Assembly (NCBI GenBank): GCA_037305845.1 | Contig: CP147778.1 | Location: 3,040,001-3,104,000 of the forward strand | Origin: Candidatus Freyarchaeum deiterrae | GTDB lineage: Archaea > Asgardarchaeota > Jordiarchaeia > Jordiarchaeales > Jordiarchaeaceae | Direction: 5' to 3' | DNA length: 64,000 bases | Part shown: in pieces, positions 9,865 to 18,767 of the stretch | Layout: each line of letters begins with the position of its first letter | How positions within the stretch are numbered: position 1 is the stretch's first letter | Made by a program: the position numbers and the translations under genes | The notes under the pieces: model-generated | The model's database searches: none | The model's input: only the letters and a program-made list of their open reading frames with translations | Told to the model about the DNA's origin: nothing

Positions 9865-11023
9865 TTAGATCCACCTTCTCCAGTCTTGGATTGGGCCGAT
9901 AGGGTCTTCCCGTTTTATGTAAAGTTATGAATTCGTCGCCCTCAAAATAACCCATAATGTCAGAGGTTGCCTGAAATCGTTGGTCCGCGAAGCCGGCACC
10001 TATAAAATCGAAAAGTTTCAAATCATACTTTTTTTCGCCTAACACGAACGCTTCAACCTTTTTGGGATCGCTGAATCCGCTTGATAGTGCTATTCCTAAA
10101 TCAGGATATCCTTCATCATTAAATTCTCGTCTTGCAGCGGCTACTGCTTCCACGGTGACTCCTGTTCCCGTCCAGTATTTTCTTCCGTCGAATGGCAGTC
10201 CACCCTCTGCGACGACAGCTCCATTTGTGTCAAATCTCGGCCCCCAGAAATTGTCCCCTAATACCTCAGCAACTCGGAGAGTGTCTGTTATTTCCCTGTT
10301 GAATGTGTCCGCAAGGAAAATTCTAGGAACATCTTTAGGCATGTGTTTGTGGAATGCTTTCATAGTTTCAACAGCCGAATCCTCCTCTCCATACTTCGAA
10401 GCTATAGCTAGAACCAATGCGTGTGGTACTGTACCCACACCCTTCTGTCCAAACGTCGCTGCACCAATATCTGTTGAAGTTGAAGTTGCTCCACCCTCAT
10501 ATGCAGCTCTTGCTATTTTGGCATCCCACTCATATCCAAAATGTCTTGCCCCAAAATAGGATATCGGTCTGGGACCAAATTTACTTTTATTCATTATATT
10601 AACAAGTTCTTTAACATTAGCCTTGATTTTTTTCACATCTGGGTCGGTTTCATTATTCTCCTGGTCTGTTCTGCCCGATAGGATTGAAAGATACATAGTC
10701 TCTAACTCAATTAAATCCTGAACAGGGCCTTCGATAACCATTAGAGTTTCTTCGGGTTGATACTGAACTCCATCATGGAGAGCAAAAATTCTTCCATCAT
10801 GTTCCGCTAGTTTTGGACTGTACTTCATAATTGCAGCTATAGCTTCGTCTATCCCTCCGGTCACGCTGGGGCCTTTCCTAATAAAAACCTGATATCTAAC
10901 GTATGTGTTGATTCCTTCTTTTCTGATTATCTCCCCGCTTCTCAGGAAATACACGTCAGTGTGTGGTTCGTGTCTCGGTGGAAACTCAAAATCAGTTTTT
11001 CTTTCAACCCTCATTACATTCAC
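9854..11023 (-). CDS. pncB: Nicotinate phosphoribosyltransferase
   Basis: TDVYF, ELETMYL, FGARH, GTVPHAL, DTFN, RFDT and SSGF motifs. Confidence 0.88.
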   Translation of the reverse strand: MNVMRVERKTDFEFPPRHEPHTDVYFLRSGEIIRKEGINTYVRYQVFIRKGPSVTGGIDEAIAAIMKYSPKLAEHDGRIFALHDGVQYQPEETLMVIEGPVQDLIELETMYLSILSGRTDQENNETDPDVKKIKANVKELVNIMNKSKFGPRPISYFGARHFGYEWDAKIARAAYEGGATSTSTDIGAATFGQKGVGTVPHALVLAIASKYGEEDSAVETMKAFHKHMPKDVPRIFLADTFNREITDTLRVAEVLGDNFWGPRFDTNGAVVAEGGLPFDGRKYWTGTGVTVEAVAAARREFNDEGYPDLGIALSSGFSDPKKVEAFVLGEKKYDLKLFDFIGAGFADQRFQATSDIMGYFEGDEFITLHKTGRPYRPNPRLEKVDLSVY

Positions 11024-11024
11024 C

Positions 11025-11045
11025 TTAGTGTATTTTTTACACTTA
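11025..11045. promoter_or_regulatory. NrtR operator 1 (21-bp palindrome)
   Basis: TTAGTGT-ATTTTTT-ACACTTA, GT-N7-AC core, immediately upstream of the pncB start. Confidence 0.75.
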
Positions 11046-11091
11046 CAAATCCCTAATAATAAATTGCGCCTACGAATATAAATTCATTTAG

Positions 11092-11112
11092 TTTTTGTAA
11101 ATTGTACACTAA
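11092..11112. promoter_or_regulatory. NrtR operator 2
   Basis: TTTTTGT-AAATTGT-ACACTAA, upstream of the TATA box at about 11076-11083. Confidence 0.6.
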
Positions 11113-11299
11113 GTAAAGGATTATAATACTAACATAATTAAATAATAAAGAGAAACTTTCACAATCCTAATCACAACTATCTTCTAAAAATAGTGCTTTT
11201 CAACGTTTGGCCGGTGTTTATTGCAAATCTGAAGTCTCTAGAGTATGCTACTCTTCTCTCATAAATTGTAATGAAAAATAAAAAGTAGGGAAAATAAAA

Positions 11300-11923
11300 T
11301 TATTTTTCCTTGGTTTTTGGTTCTTTTTTGATTCTTTCTTCTTCTTGGGTGTGGAGTGTCATTAGAATTTTGGATTTGCCATTTCCGAGGATTGTTAGTT
11401 CATAGATGTAGTCTGCTGCTTCTTGTGTTTTTGGTCCTGGTGATATTTCTGTGATCTTCAAGTCGGGTGTCTCTGTTATTACGAGTTTTAAAAATATGTC
11501 GTACCCGTTTTTGTTTTCAATAATGATTTGCCTTTTATAGTCAACCGGCGTTGTACGGATTATTAGTTCGCCTACCTCAACTTCGGTTTTTTTGCCTTTA
11601 ATTCTGTCCTCAAACTTGCTTACGCAGAACACGCTCTTATCGATGATGCTTTGGGTTTCAAATTTTTTTGATTCAAAGCTTCCCTCGGTTTCGGTCGAAA
11701 GAAAGGGCAAGCCGCCCTTTAACATGGTTATGGAGCTCTTAGGAATATTGGTTGCTTCGGATATTTCAAAAACAAACTTTAAGGACGAATCTAATTTTAT
11801 TTCCAACTGTAGTGCTTCGTTTAACCAGTGTTTCAAATATATTTCGTGAATTTTTTTAACTTCAGCACTAACTTTCTGAATCGGCACAACAGCGGGTCGT
11901 CTCTGAGTAACAGTCAATTTCAT
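11300..11923 (-). CDS. Protein resembling the C-terminal half of DUF4139 family proteins
   Basis: Beta-rich; YKRQIIIENKNGYDIFLKLVITE and YIYELTILGNGKSKILMT resemble the DUF4139 C-terminal Ig-like part; GGAGG SD. Confidence 0.55.
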   Translation of the reverse strand: MKLTVTQRRPAVVPIQKVSAEVKKIHEIYLKHWLNEALQLEIKLDSSLKFVFEISEATNIPKSSITMLKGGLPFLSTETEGSFESKKFETQSIIDKSVFCVSKFEDRIKGKKTEVEVGELIIRTTPVDYKRQIIIENKNGYDIFLKLVITETPDLKITEISPGPKTQEAADYIYELTILGNGKSKILMTLHTQEEERIKKEPKTKEK

Positions 11924-11949
11924 TTTTGAACCTCCCTTCTTTCATACGT

Positions 11950-12675
11950 CTATCTCATTACCATTTTCAGGTTTTGCATCTCGTTCATCGCTTGACTCCT
12001 ACGCATAGAAGCCTTCCTTGTCTCAGTTTGTTGACCAGAAGGAGGAGTAGGATTAGGAAGACCTTCAGACATATCTATGGGCATTGGAGGGATTTCAAGT
12101 CCTAGATCGAATTCTGCTAGTGCAATATCTGAGTCGTAGGCAAAATTAGTGTTATTAATAATCGTTGCTGAAACATTAATTACTGCGGCTCCTTCGCCTG
12201 TAAGGTCTATTACCATTCTGGGTTCCCAGTAGATTCGGTTATCAAAAAGTATATATTTGATTTTTAGAGAGCAGGTTTTTTCGGTTTTGGAATCCACCCA
12301 TATTTTTACTTCGGCGAATTCATCCTGATACATACTGTAATAAATTGATTCACAAAGTTCCAAGAGCTGTTGCCTTTTATAAGGCAATCTTCTACTCTTA
12401 TCTATAATATCTCTGGAGACTTCCTGACGCGTCCTTATTTCTTCGTAAACAAATTCTGGCACTGGCTTTTTAATGTCTATTTGCTGCACATAAGCATCAT
12501 CGCAGTTTAATTCAACTTGTATCTGATTAATATCGAAAGAAGCTGGAATATCTTCAATTCTAAAGGTATTCATCCCTTTTACTAATTGCACCATTCCTTC
12601 ACGTTCAATCAAGGCACCGCCTTTATCAAAAATAATAACAGACGACACCTTGGGATTAAATGACTCAATAGACAT
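11950..12675 (-). CDS. Protein resembling the DUF4140/DUF4139 N-terminal half
   Basis: VSSVIIFDKGGALIEREG, IEDIPASFD, LKIKY...IYWEPRMVIDL, ATIINNT. Confidence 0.65.
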   Translation of the reverse strand: MSIESFNPKVSSVIIFDKGGALIEREGMVQLVKGMNTFRIEDIPASFDINQIQVELNCDDAYVQQIDIKKPVPEFVYEEIRTRQEVSRDIIDKSRRLPYKRQQLLELCESIYYSMYQDEFAEVKIWVDSKTEKTCSLKIKYILFDNRIYWEPRMVIDLTGEGAAVINVSATIINNTNFAYDSDIALAEFDLGLEIPPMPIDMSEGLPNPTPPSGQQTETRKASMRRSQAMNEMQNLKMVMR

Positions 12676-12928
12676 GTTTAGTATCCACCTCTATTCAAAA
12701 ACTTTCAATTCGCCGTAAGATAAATGGTCTATCTTACATTAAAACTTAGCCTCAGAAAAATGAACAATAGAAAAATATTGAGAAGAGATACTCCCACATA
12801 AATTTGTCAAGATTTATAAAAAACAAATTTATTATGCCTTTTTTAAACCACCCCTATCCTGCGTCTTGGTTGGTTCTACCCCCGCCCTCTTCCTTGTGGT
12901 TTTTCATCTTCCCCTTTCAGAGGATGTT

Positions 12929-13735
12929 TCACGCCCTACCCGGTTCCAGATCATCATCCATATCCTTAAGAAGCGGGGCACGTTTCCCTGCAAGGTTGGG
13001 GTTTATCTTTATAGCCTCATCGTAGCATTTTATCGCCTCATCGCGCTTTCCGAGATTATCCAATGCTGTGCCCTTGTTATACCATGCATCTGCATAGTTG
13101 GGGTCTATCTTTATCGCCTTATCGTAGCATTTTATCGCTTCATCGCGCTTTCCGAGATTATCCAATGCTGTGCCCTTGTTATACCATGCATCTGCATCTT
13201 TGGGGTTTATCTTTATAGCTTCATCGTAGCATTTTATCGCTTCATCGAATTTTCCGAGATCATACAACAATGCTGTGCCCTTGTTATACCATGCATCTGC
13301 ATCTTTGGGGTTTATCTTTATAGCCTCATCGTAGGATTCTATCGCCTCATTTGGCTTTACGGCACCAATCCTGAATCCAAATAAATCGGCCATCGTCTCT
13401 CCGAGCTTTTCGGCTTCAGGCCTAAACAATTCTGCGACCTTTTCTGCGACCCTTTGGTTCACCTCTTCGCGCTTTTTGGGGCCACCCTGTGGAATGGCCT
13501 TGTTAATCCTTGCATCTGTATGGTTGGGGTTTATCTTTAGAGCCTCATCGTAGCATTTTATCGCTTCATCGCGCTTTCCGAGACCATCCAATGCGTCGCC
13601 CTTGTTATACCATGCATCTGCATCTTTGGGGTTTATCTTTAGAGCCTCATCGTAGCATTTTATCGCCTCATCGTACTTTCCGAGCCTAGCCAACCCAATG
13701 CCCTTTTCAATCAATTCCTTTGCCGTTTTAGACAT
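12929..13735 (-). CDS. TPR-only protein, copy 1 (5 intact TPRs plus 1 interrupted by an insert)
   Basis: Repeats ADAWYNKGxALxxLGKxDEAIKCYDEAIKINP; start at ATG after AGGTGA SD (the ORF-track start at 13789 is an unlikely extension). Confidence 0.92.
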   Translation of the reverse strand: MSKTAKELIEKGIGLARLGKYDEAIKCYDEALKINPKDADAWYNKGDALDGLGKRDEAIKCYDEALKINPNHTDARINKAIPQGGPKKREEVNQRVAEKVAELFRPEAEKLGETMADLFGFRIGAVKPNEAIESYDEAIKINPKDADAWYNKGTALLYDLGKFDEAIKCYDEAIKINPKDADAWYNKGTALDNLGKRDEAIKCYDKAIKIDPNYADAWYNKGTALDNLGKRDEAIKCYDEAIKINPNLAGKRAPLLKDMDDDLEPGRA

Positions 13736-14293
13736 TTTCTTCACCTTTAACTCGTTATTAAAGAAAAATTTGCTGAACCAAACACACATACGTGTACGAA
13801 ATTCATATTCCCTCCTATTTCGGAGTTGTTAAGTAAGCGAGCTTTATTTTACTTTTATTCGCAATTTCAGCGATACACCTTAACTTAATATTTATCGCCG
13901 CCACCTCTCAACATCAAATAAATGATTTTTTCTTAAATCTTATATATAGATATATAACTCATTCTTATTTCTTTCGCAATTTTTTAGCTTCCTCTGCACT
14001 TGAAACGAAACCAACCATTTTTAATTTCGATTCAAGTTTCAAACACGCTTACAGAAAGATGATTCGCAAGAAAGCCCAAGTCCCCTTTAGGAGGGTGGAA
14101 GAATTGCGAGAGGCTCAAATACCGAGAAAAGAGGAAAGCGAATAATAGGGCTGGTTCACCCGACGAAGAAGAAAAGGGTGTGGAAGCCGTTAATCGGGCG
14201 GTGGCACACGCCCCACACTTCTTGAACAACAGAAGTGTAGAACCCCCAACCTTTCCCTTTTCAGAGGGTGTTTCACGCTCTACCGGTTCCAGA
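13736..14293. repeat. Conserved non-coding spacer, copy A (promoter/leader of TPR1 plus 3' region of TPR2)
   Basis: Near-identical to 15257-15810 by eye; the first ~310 bp also match 17587-17904; the end matches about 12905-12985. Confidence 0.95.
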
Positions 14294-15256
14294 TCATCCA
14301 CCCTTAAGAAGCTGGGCACGTTTCTCTGCGAGTTTGGGGTTTATCTTTATAGCCTCATCGTAGCATGCTATCGCCTCATCACGCTTCCCTAGATCAAACA
14401 ATGCTATGCCCTTGTATAACCATGCATCTGCGAGTTTGGGGTTTATCTTTATAGCCTCATCGTAGCATGCTATCGCCTCATCATACTTTCCGAGAAGAAG
14501 CAATGCATGGCCCTTGACAAACCATGTCCTTGCATCTTTGGGGTTTAGCTTTAGAGCCTCATCGAAGCATTCTATCGCCTCATTGAGCTTTCCGAAACCA
14601 TCCAATGCTGCGCCCTTGCCCAACCATGCATCTGCGAGTTTGGGGTTTATCTTTAGAGCCTTATCGTAGCATGCTATCGCCTCATCGAGTTTTCCGAGAT
14701 GAAACAATGCAACGCCCTTGTTATTCCATGCTGCTGCATCTTTGGGGTTTAGCTCTAGAACCTCATCGAAGCATTCTATCGCCTCATCATGCTTTCCGAG
14801 ACCATCCAATGCTGCGCCCTTGCCCAACCATGCATCTGCATATTTGGGGTTTATCTTTAGAGCCTTATCGTAGCATGCTATCGCCTCATCGAGTTTTCTG
14901 AGACCAAGCAATGCATTGCCCTTGTTAACCCATTGCTCATCGGGCTTTTCGAGACCAAACAATGCTGCGCCCATGTCTCTCGCCTTATCGGGATTTCCTA
15001 TACCAAACACTGCAATGAACTTGTTATCATTTGCCTCTTTATATTTGGGTTTTATCTTTATAGCCTCATCGAAGCATTCTATCGCCTCATCATGCTTTCC
15101 GAGATCAAGCAATGCAACGCCCTTGTTATTCCATGCCTCTGCATCTTTGGGTTTTATCTTTATAGCCTCATCGAAGCATTCTATCGCCTCATCATGCTTT
15201 CCGAGACCAAGCAATGCAACGCCCTTTTTAAGCCATTCCTCTGCCTTTTTAACCAT
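14294..15256 (-). CDS. TPR-only protein, copy 2 (8 intact TPRs plus 1 degenerate)
   Basis: Same repeat family; ends AEKRAQLLKGG. Confidence 0.92.
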   Translation of the reverse strand: MVKKAEEWLKKGVALLGLGKHDEAIECFDEAIKIKPKDAEAWNNKGVALLDLGKHDEAIECFDEAIKIKPKYKEANDNKFIAVFGIGNPDKARDMGAALFGLEKPDEQWVNKGNALLGLRKLDEAIACYDKALKINPKYADAWLGKGAALDGLGKHDEAIECFDEVLELNPKDAAAWNNKGVALFHLGKLDEAIACYDKALKINPKLADAWLGKGAALDGFGKLNEAIECFDEALKLNPKDARTWFVKGHALLLLGKYDEAIACYDEAIKINPKLADAWLYKGIALFDLGKRDEAIACYDEAIKINPKLAEKRAQLLKGG

Positions 15257-15810
15257 TTTCATCACCTATAACTCGTTATTGAAGAAAAATTTGCTGAACC
15301 AAACACACATACGTGTACGAAATTCATATTCCCTCCTATTTCGGAGTTGTTAAGTAAGCGGGCTTTATTTTACTTTTATTCTCAATTTCAGCGATGCACC
15401 TTAACTTGATATTTATCTCCGCTACCTCTCAGCGTCAAATAAATGATTTTTTTTCTTGAAGCTTATATAGCTTTATAACTTGTTCTTATTTCTTTCGAAA
15501 TTTTTTTGCTTCCTCTGCACTCGAAACGAAACCAACCATTTTTAATTTCGTCAAGTTTCAAACACGCTTACAGAAAGATGATTAGCAAGAAAGCCCAAGT
15601 CCCCTTTAGGACGGGGGAAGAATTGCGAGAAGTTCAAATATCAAGAAAAGAGGAAAGCGAATAATAGGGCTTGCTCACCCGACGAAGAAGAAAAGGGTGC
15701 GGAAGCCGTTAATCGGGCGGTGGCACACGCCCCACACTTCTAACAACAGAAGTGTAGAACCCCCAACCTTTCCCCTTTCAGAGGATGTTTCACGCTCTAC
15801 CGGTTCCAGA
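15257..15810. repeat. Conserved non-coding spacer, copy B
   Basis: Aligns with 13736-14293 with scattered substitutions and small indels. Confidence 0.95.
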
Positions 15811-17586
15811 TCATCCACCCTTAAGAAGCTGGGCACGTTTCTCTGCGAGTTTGGGGTTTATCTTTATAGCATTATCAATGCATTTTATCGCCTCATCGCG
15901 CTTTCCGAGACCAAGCAATGCATCGCCCTTGTTAACCCATGCACCTGCATGGTTGGGGTTTATCTTTATCGCCTCATCGTAGCATGCTACCGCCTCATCG
16001 CGCTTTCCGAGACCACTCAATGCTACGCCCTTGCTATACCAAGCCTCTTCATATTTGGGGTTTATCTTTATCGCCTCATCGTAGCATTTTATCGCCTCAT
16101 TGCGCTTTCCGAGACCACTCAATGCTACGCCCTTGCTATACCATGCCCATGCATATTCGGGTTCTATCTTTATCGCCTCATCGTAGCATTCTACCGCCTC
16201 ATCGCCCTTTCCGAGACCACGCAATGCGTTGCCCTTGTCAACCCATGGACCTGCATTTTTGGGGTTTATCTTTATCGCCTCCTCGTAGCATTTTATCGCC
16301 TCATCGCCCTTTCCGAGATCAAGCAATGCAGCGCCCTTTTTAGTCCATGCATCTGCATGGTTGGGGTTTATCTTTATCGCCTCCTCGTAGCATTTTATCG
16401 CCTCATCATGCTTTCCGAGACAATTCAATGCATTGCCCTTGTTATACCATGCCTCTGCATCGTTGGGGTTTATCTTTATAGCCTTATCAAAGCGTTCTAT
16501 TGCCTCCTCGGGATTTGAGAAATAACCCAAGGATTCACTGAACTTTACTGCAGCGTCTTTAAAGGCCTTGTCAAAAATGCCCTTTTCAAGGGCCTTGTCA
16601 AAAGTGCCATTGAGTCCAAGAACCTCCTCCAAAATGTCTGTGAATTCCTCCTCATCACCGAACTCTTCGAGACCACCCAATGCAATGCCCTTGTCTATTG
16701 CCTCCTCGGGTTTTCCGAGACCACGCAATGCAATGTCCTTGTTATTCCTTGCATTTGCATAGTTGGGGTCTATCTTTATCGCCTCATCGTAGTATTTTAT
16801 CGCCTCCTCGGGCTTTCCGAGATCACCCAATGCTACGCCCTTGTTATTCCATGCATTTGCATTGTTGGGGTTTATCTTTATCGCCTCATCGTAGCATTCT
16901 ATCGCCTCCTCGGGCTTTCCGAGACCATAAAATGCTACGCCCTTGTTATTCCATGCCTCTGCATTTTTGGGGTTTATCTTTATAGCCTCATCGTAGCATT
17001 TTATCGCCTCATCATGCTTTCCGAGATCACCCAATGCTACGCCCTTGTTATACCATGCACCTGCATGGTTGGGGTTTATCTTTATCGCCTCATCGTAGCA
17101 TTCTATCGCCTCATTGCGCTTTCCGAGATCACTCAATGCATTGCCCTTGTTATACCATGGCTCTTCATGGTTGGGGTTTATCTTTATAACTTTATCATAG
17201 CATTCTATTGCCTCCTCGCGCTTTCCGAGATCATAAAATGCATTGCCCTTGTTATACCATGCTTCTTCAGAGTTGGGGAATATATTTGTATACTCATCGT
17301 AGCATTTTATTGCCTCCTCGGGCTTTCCGAGATCAAGCAATAAATCGCCCTTGATATGCCATGTCCCTGCATCTTTGGGGTTTATCCTTGTAACCTCGTC
17401 GTAGCATTTTATCTGCTCCTCGGGCTTTCCGAGACCAGTCAATGCAATGCCCTTGTATAACCATGCCTCTGCATAGTTGGGGTCTATCTCTATAACCTTA
17501 TCAAAGCATTTTATTGCCTCATCGTACTTTCTGTGCAGATACAAACCATAGCCCTTTTTATACAATTCCTTTGCCTTTTTATCCAT
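15811..17586 (-). CDS. TPR-only protein, copy 3 (14 intact TPRs plus 1 interrupted by an acidic insert)
   Basis: Same repeat family; insert EEFGDEEEFTDILEEVLG...; ends AEKRAQLLKGG. Confidence 0.92.
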   Translation of the reverse strand: MDKKAKELYKKGYGLYLHRKYDEAIKCFDKVIEIDPNYAEAWLYKGIALTGLGKPEEQIKCYDEVTRINPKDAGTWHIKGDLLLDLGKPEEAIKCYDEYTNIFPNSEEAWYNKGNAFYDLGKREEAIECYDKVIKINPNHEEPWYNKGNALSDLGKRNEAIECYDEAIKINPNHAGAWYNKGVALGDLGKHDEAIKCYDEAIKINPKNAEAWNNKGVAFYGLGKPEEAIECYDEAIKINPNNANAWNNKGVALGDLGKPEEAIKYYDEAIKIDPNYANARNNKDIALRGLGKPEEAIDKGIALGGLEEFGDEEEFTDILEEVLGLNGTFDKALEKGIFDKAFKDAAVKFSESLGYFSNPEEAIERFDKAIKINPNDAEAWYNKGNALNCLGKHDEAIKCYEEAIKINPNHADAWTKKGAALLDLGKGDEAIKCYEEAIKINPKNAGPWVDKGNALRGLGKGDEAVECYDEAIKIEPEYAWAWYSKGVALSGLGKRNEAIKCYDEAIKINPKYEEAWYSKGVALSGLGKRDEAVACYDEAIKINPNHAGAWVNKGDALLGLGKRDEAIKCIDNAIKINPKLAEKRAQLLKGG

Positions 17587-17904
17587 TTTCTTCACCTATA
17601 ACTCGTTATTAAAGAGAAATTTGCTGAACCAAACACACATATGTGTGTATGAGATTCACATTCTCTCCTATTTCGGAGTTGTTAAGTAAGCGAGCTTTAT
17701 TTTACTTTTATTCGCAATTTCAGCGATACACCTTAAGTTAATATTTATCTCCGCTATCTCTCAACATCAAATAAATGATTTTTTTCTTAAAAATTAAATA
17801 TAGAGAGATATGTAACTTATTCTTATTTCTTTCGCAATTTTTTAGCTTCCTCTGCACTTGAAACGAAACCAACTATTTTTAATTTCGGTTCAAGCTTCAA
17901 ACAC
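17587..17904. repeat. Conserved non-coding spacer, copy C (promoter/leader only)
   Basis: Matches 13736-14046 up to CAAG(T/C)TTCAAACAC. Confidence 0.92.
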
Positions 17905-18084
17905 TTTTACTATTAAACACTACTCCAAAAAATCACTCTGAACTCTTTACCCGACCATCATTAGAAGTGATTCTCCTTGAGTCCAAGAAATAGAGGTGGC
18001 AATTCAAAAGTAGAAAAGCTTCACACCAAAACAGTTTCAACCCTGAATCTAGAACCTAAGAAATAGCTTAAACACCCCCGCTTT

Positions 18085-18216
18085 CATCCCTCTTAACACT
18101 CTATTTAGAGACACTACTACCCTTGCGTCCCCCAAATCTCTCCAAGAGCCTGCGCTGCACGCTCTCGAAAATACCAAGTTTCGTCCTTTAGCCCTGTATT
18201 AGTGGTTCTAAGGGCA
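18085..18216 (-). pseudogene. HEAT (PBS-lyase-like) repeat relic
   Basis: With two frameshifts it reads LEPLIQ/LKDETWYFRERAAQALGEI/GDARVVVSLNRVL, matching the HEAT_2/PBS consensus. Confidence 0.75.
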
Positions 18217-18303
18217 GCTCAGTCAGTGAGGGTTTCGTCAAGAGAGAAGGGGGCGAGGTGTGGCGAAGGGGAAGAAAAAACTAGGAATAGTTGAACCCTT
18301 AGT

Positions 18304-18738
18304 TTACAATTTTCCAATGTCCTCGTTCCATAGTTGAGGGTTGCCCTGTATGAACTTATTCATTAATTGCTTACATTCGTCAAGGTTCAGGTCGATTACT
18401 TCAACTCCATGTGATTCCATAAATTCTCTTGCGCCAGCGAAGGTTTCAGATTCGCCGACAATCATTTTCTTAATTCCGAACTGAACGACCGCTCCGGCGC
18501 AAAGGAAACAGGGCATTAACGTGGAATAAAGAATGGTATCGCTATATTTGCCGATTCTTCCCGCGTTTCGTAGGCAATCAATTTCTGCGTGCATAATTGG
18601 GTCATTCTCTTGTACACGTTTATTATGTCCTCTCCCTACAATTTTTCTGCCCTTCACTAGGGCTGAACCAATCGGAATCCCGCCTTCACTTAGTCCCTGT
18701 TTCGCTTCTTCAATAGCAGCTCTCATGAATGGGTCCAT
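18304..18738 (-). CDS. Zn-dependent cytosine/nucleoside deaminase (yeast Fcy1-like)
   Basis: EGGIPIG, HAE, PCFLC, and C-terminal WNEDIG. Confidence 0.9.
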   Translation of the reverse strand: MDPFMRAAIEEAKQGLSEGGIPIGSALVKGRKIVGRGHNKRVQENDPIMHAEIDCLRNAGRIGKYSDTILYSTLMPCFLCAGAVVQFGIKKMIVGESETFAGAREFMESHGVEVIDLNLDECKQLMNKFIQGNPQLWNEDIGKL

Positions 18739-18767
18739 AGTTTTACCTCCACCAATTTAGTTAAGGT

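Noticed and set aside
13745-13810. Short uORF MNFVHVCVFGSANFS in the TPR leaders
   Set aside because: Frame broken in copy 3 and stop position differs in copy 2; explained by the duplication alone.
12804-17343. Plus-strand ORFs overlapping the TPR genes (e.g. 12866-13384, 15697-16518)
   Set aside because: Antisense shadows of repetitive coding sequence.
12929-17586. Diversity-generating retroelement as the cause of the NNT/NNC variable codons in the TPR repeats
   Set aside because: There is no reverse transcriptase or non-coding template repeat in the window, and scaffold adenines, including synonymous gca/gga wobble positions, are invariant, which adenine-directed mutagenesis would not spare. 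A DGR acting in trans cannot be fully excluded.
1180-17586. 102-bp periodic repeats as a CRISPR array
   Set aside because: They are in-frame TPR-coding repeats without unique spacers, and no cas genes are present.
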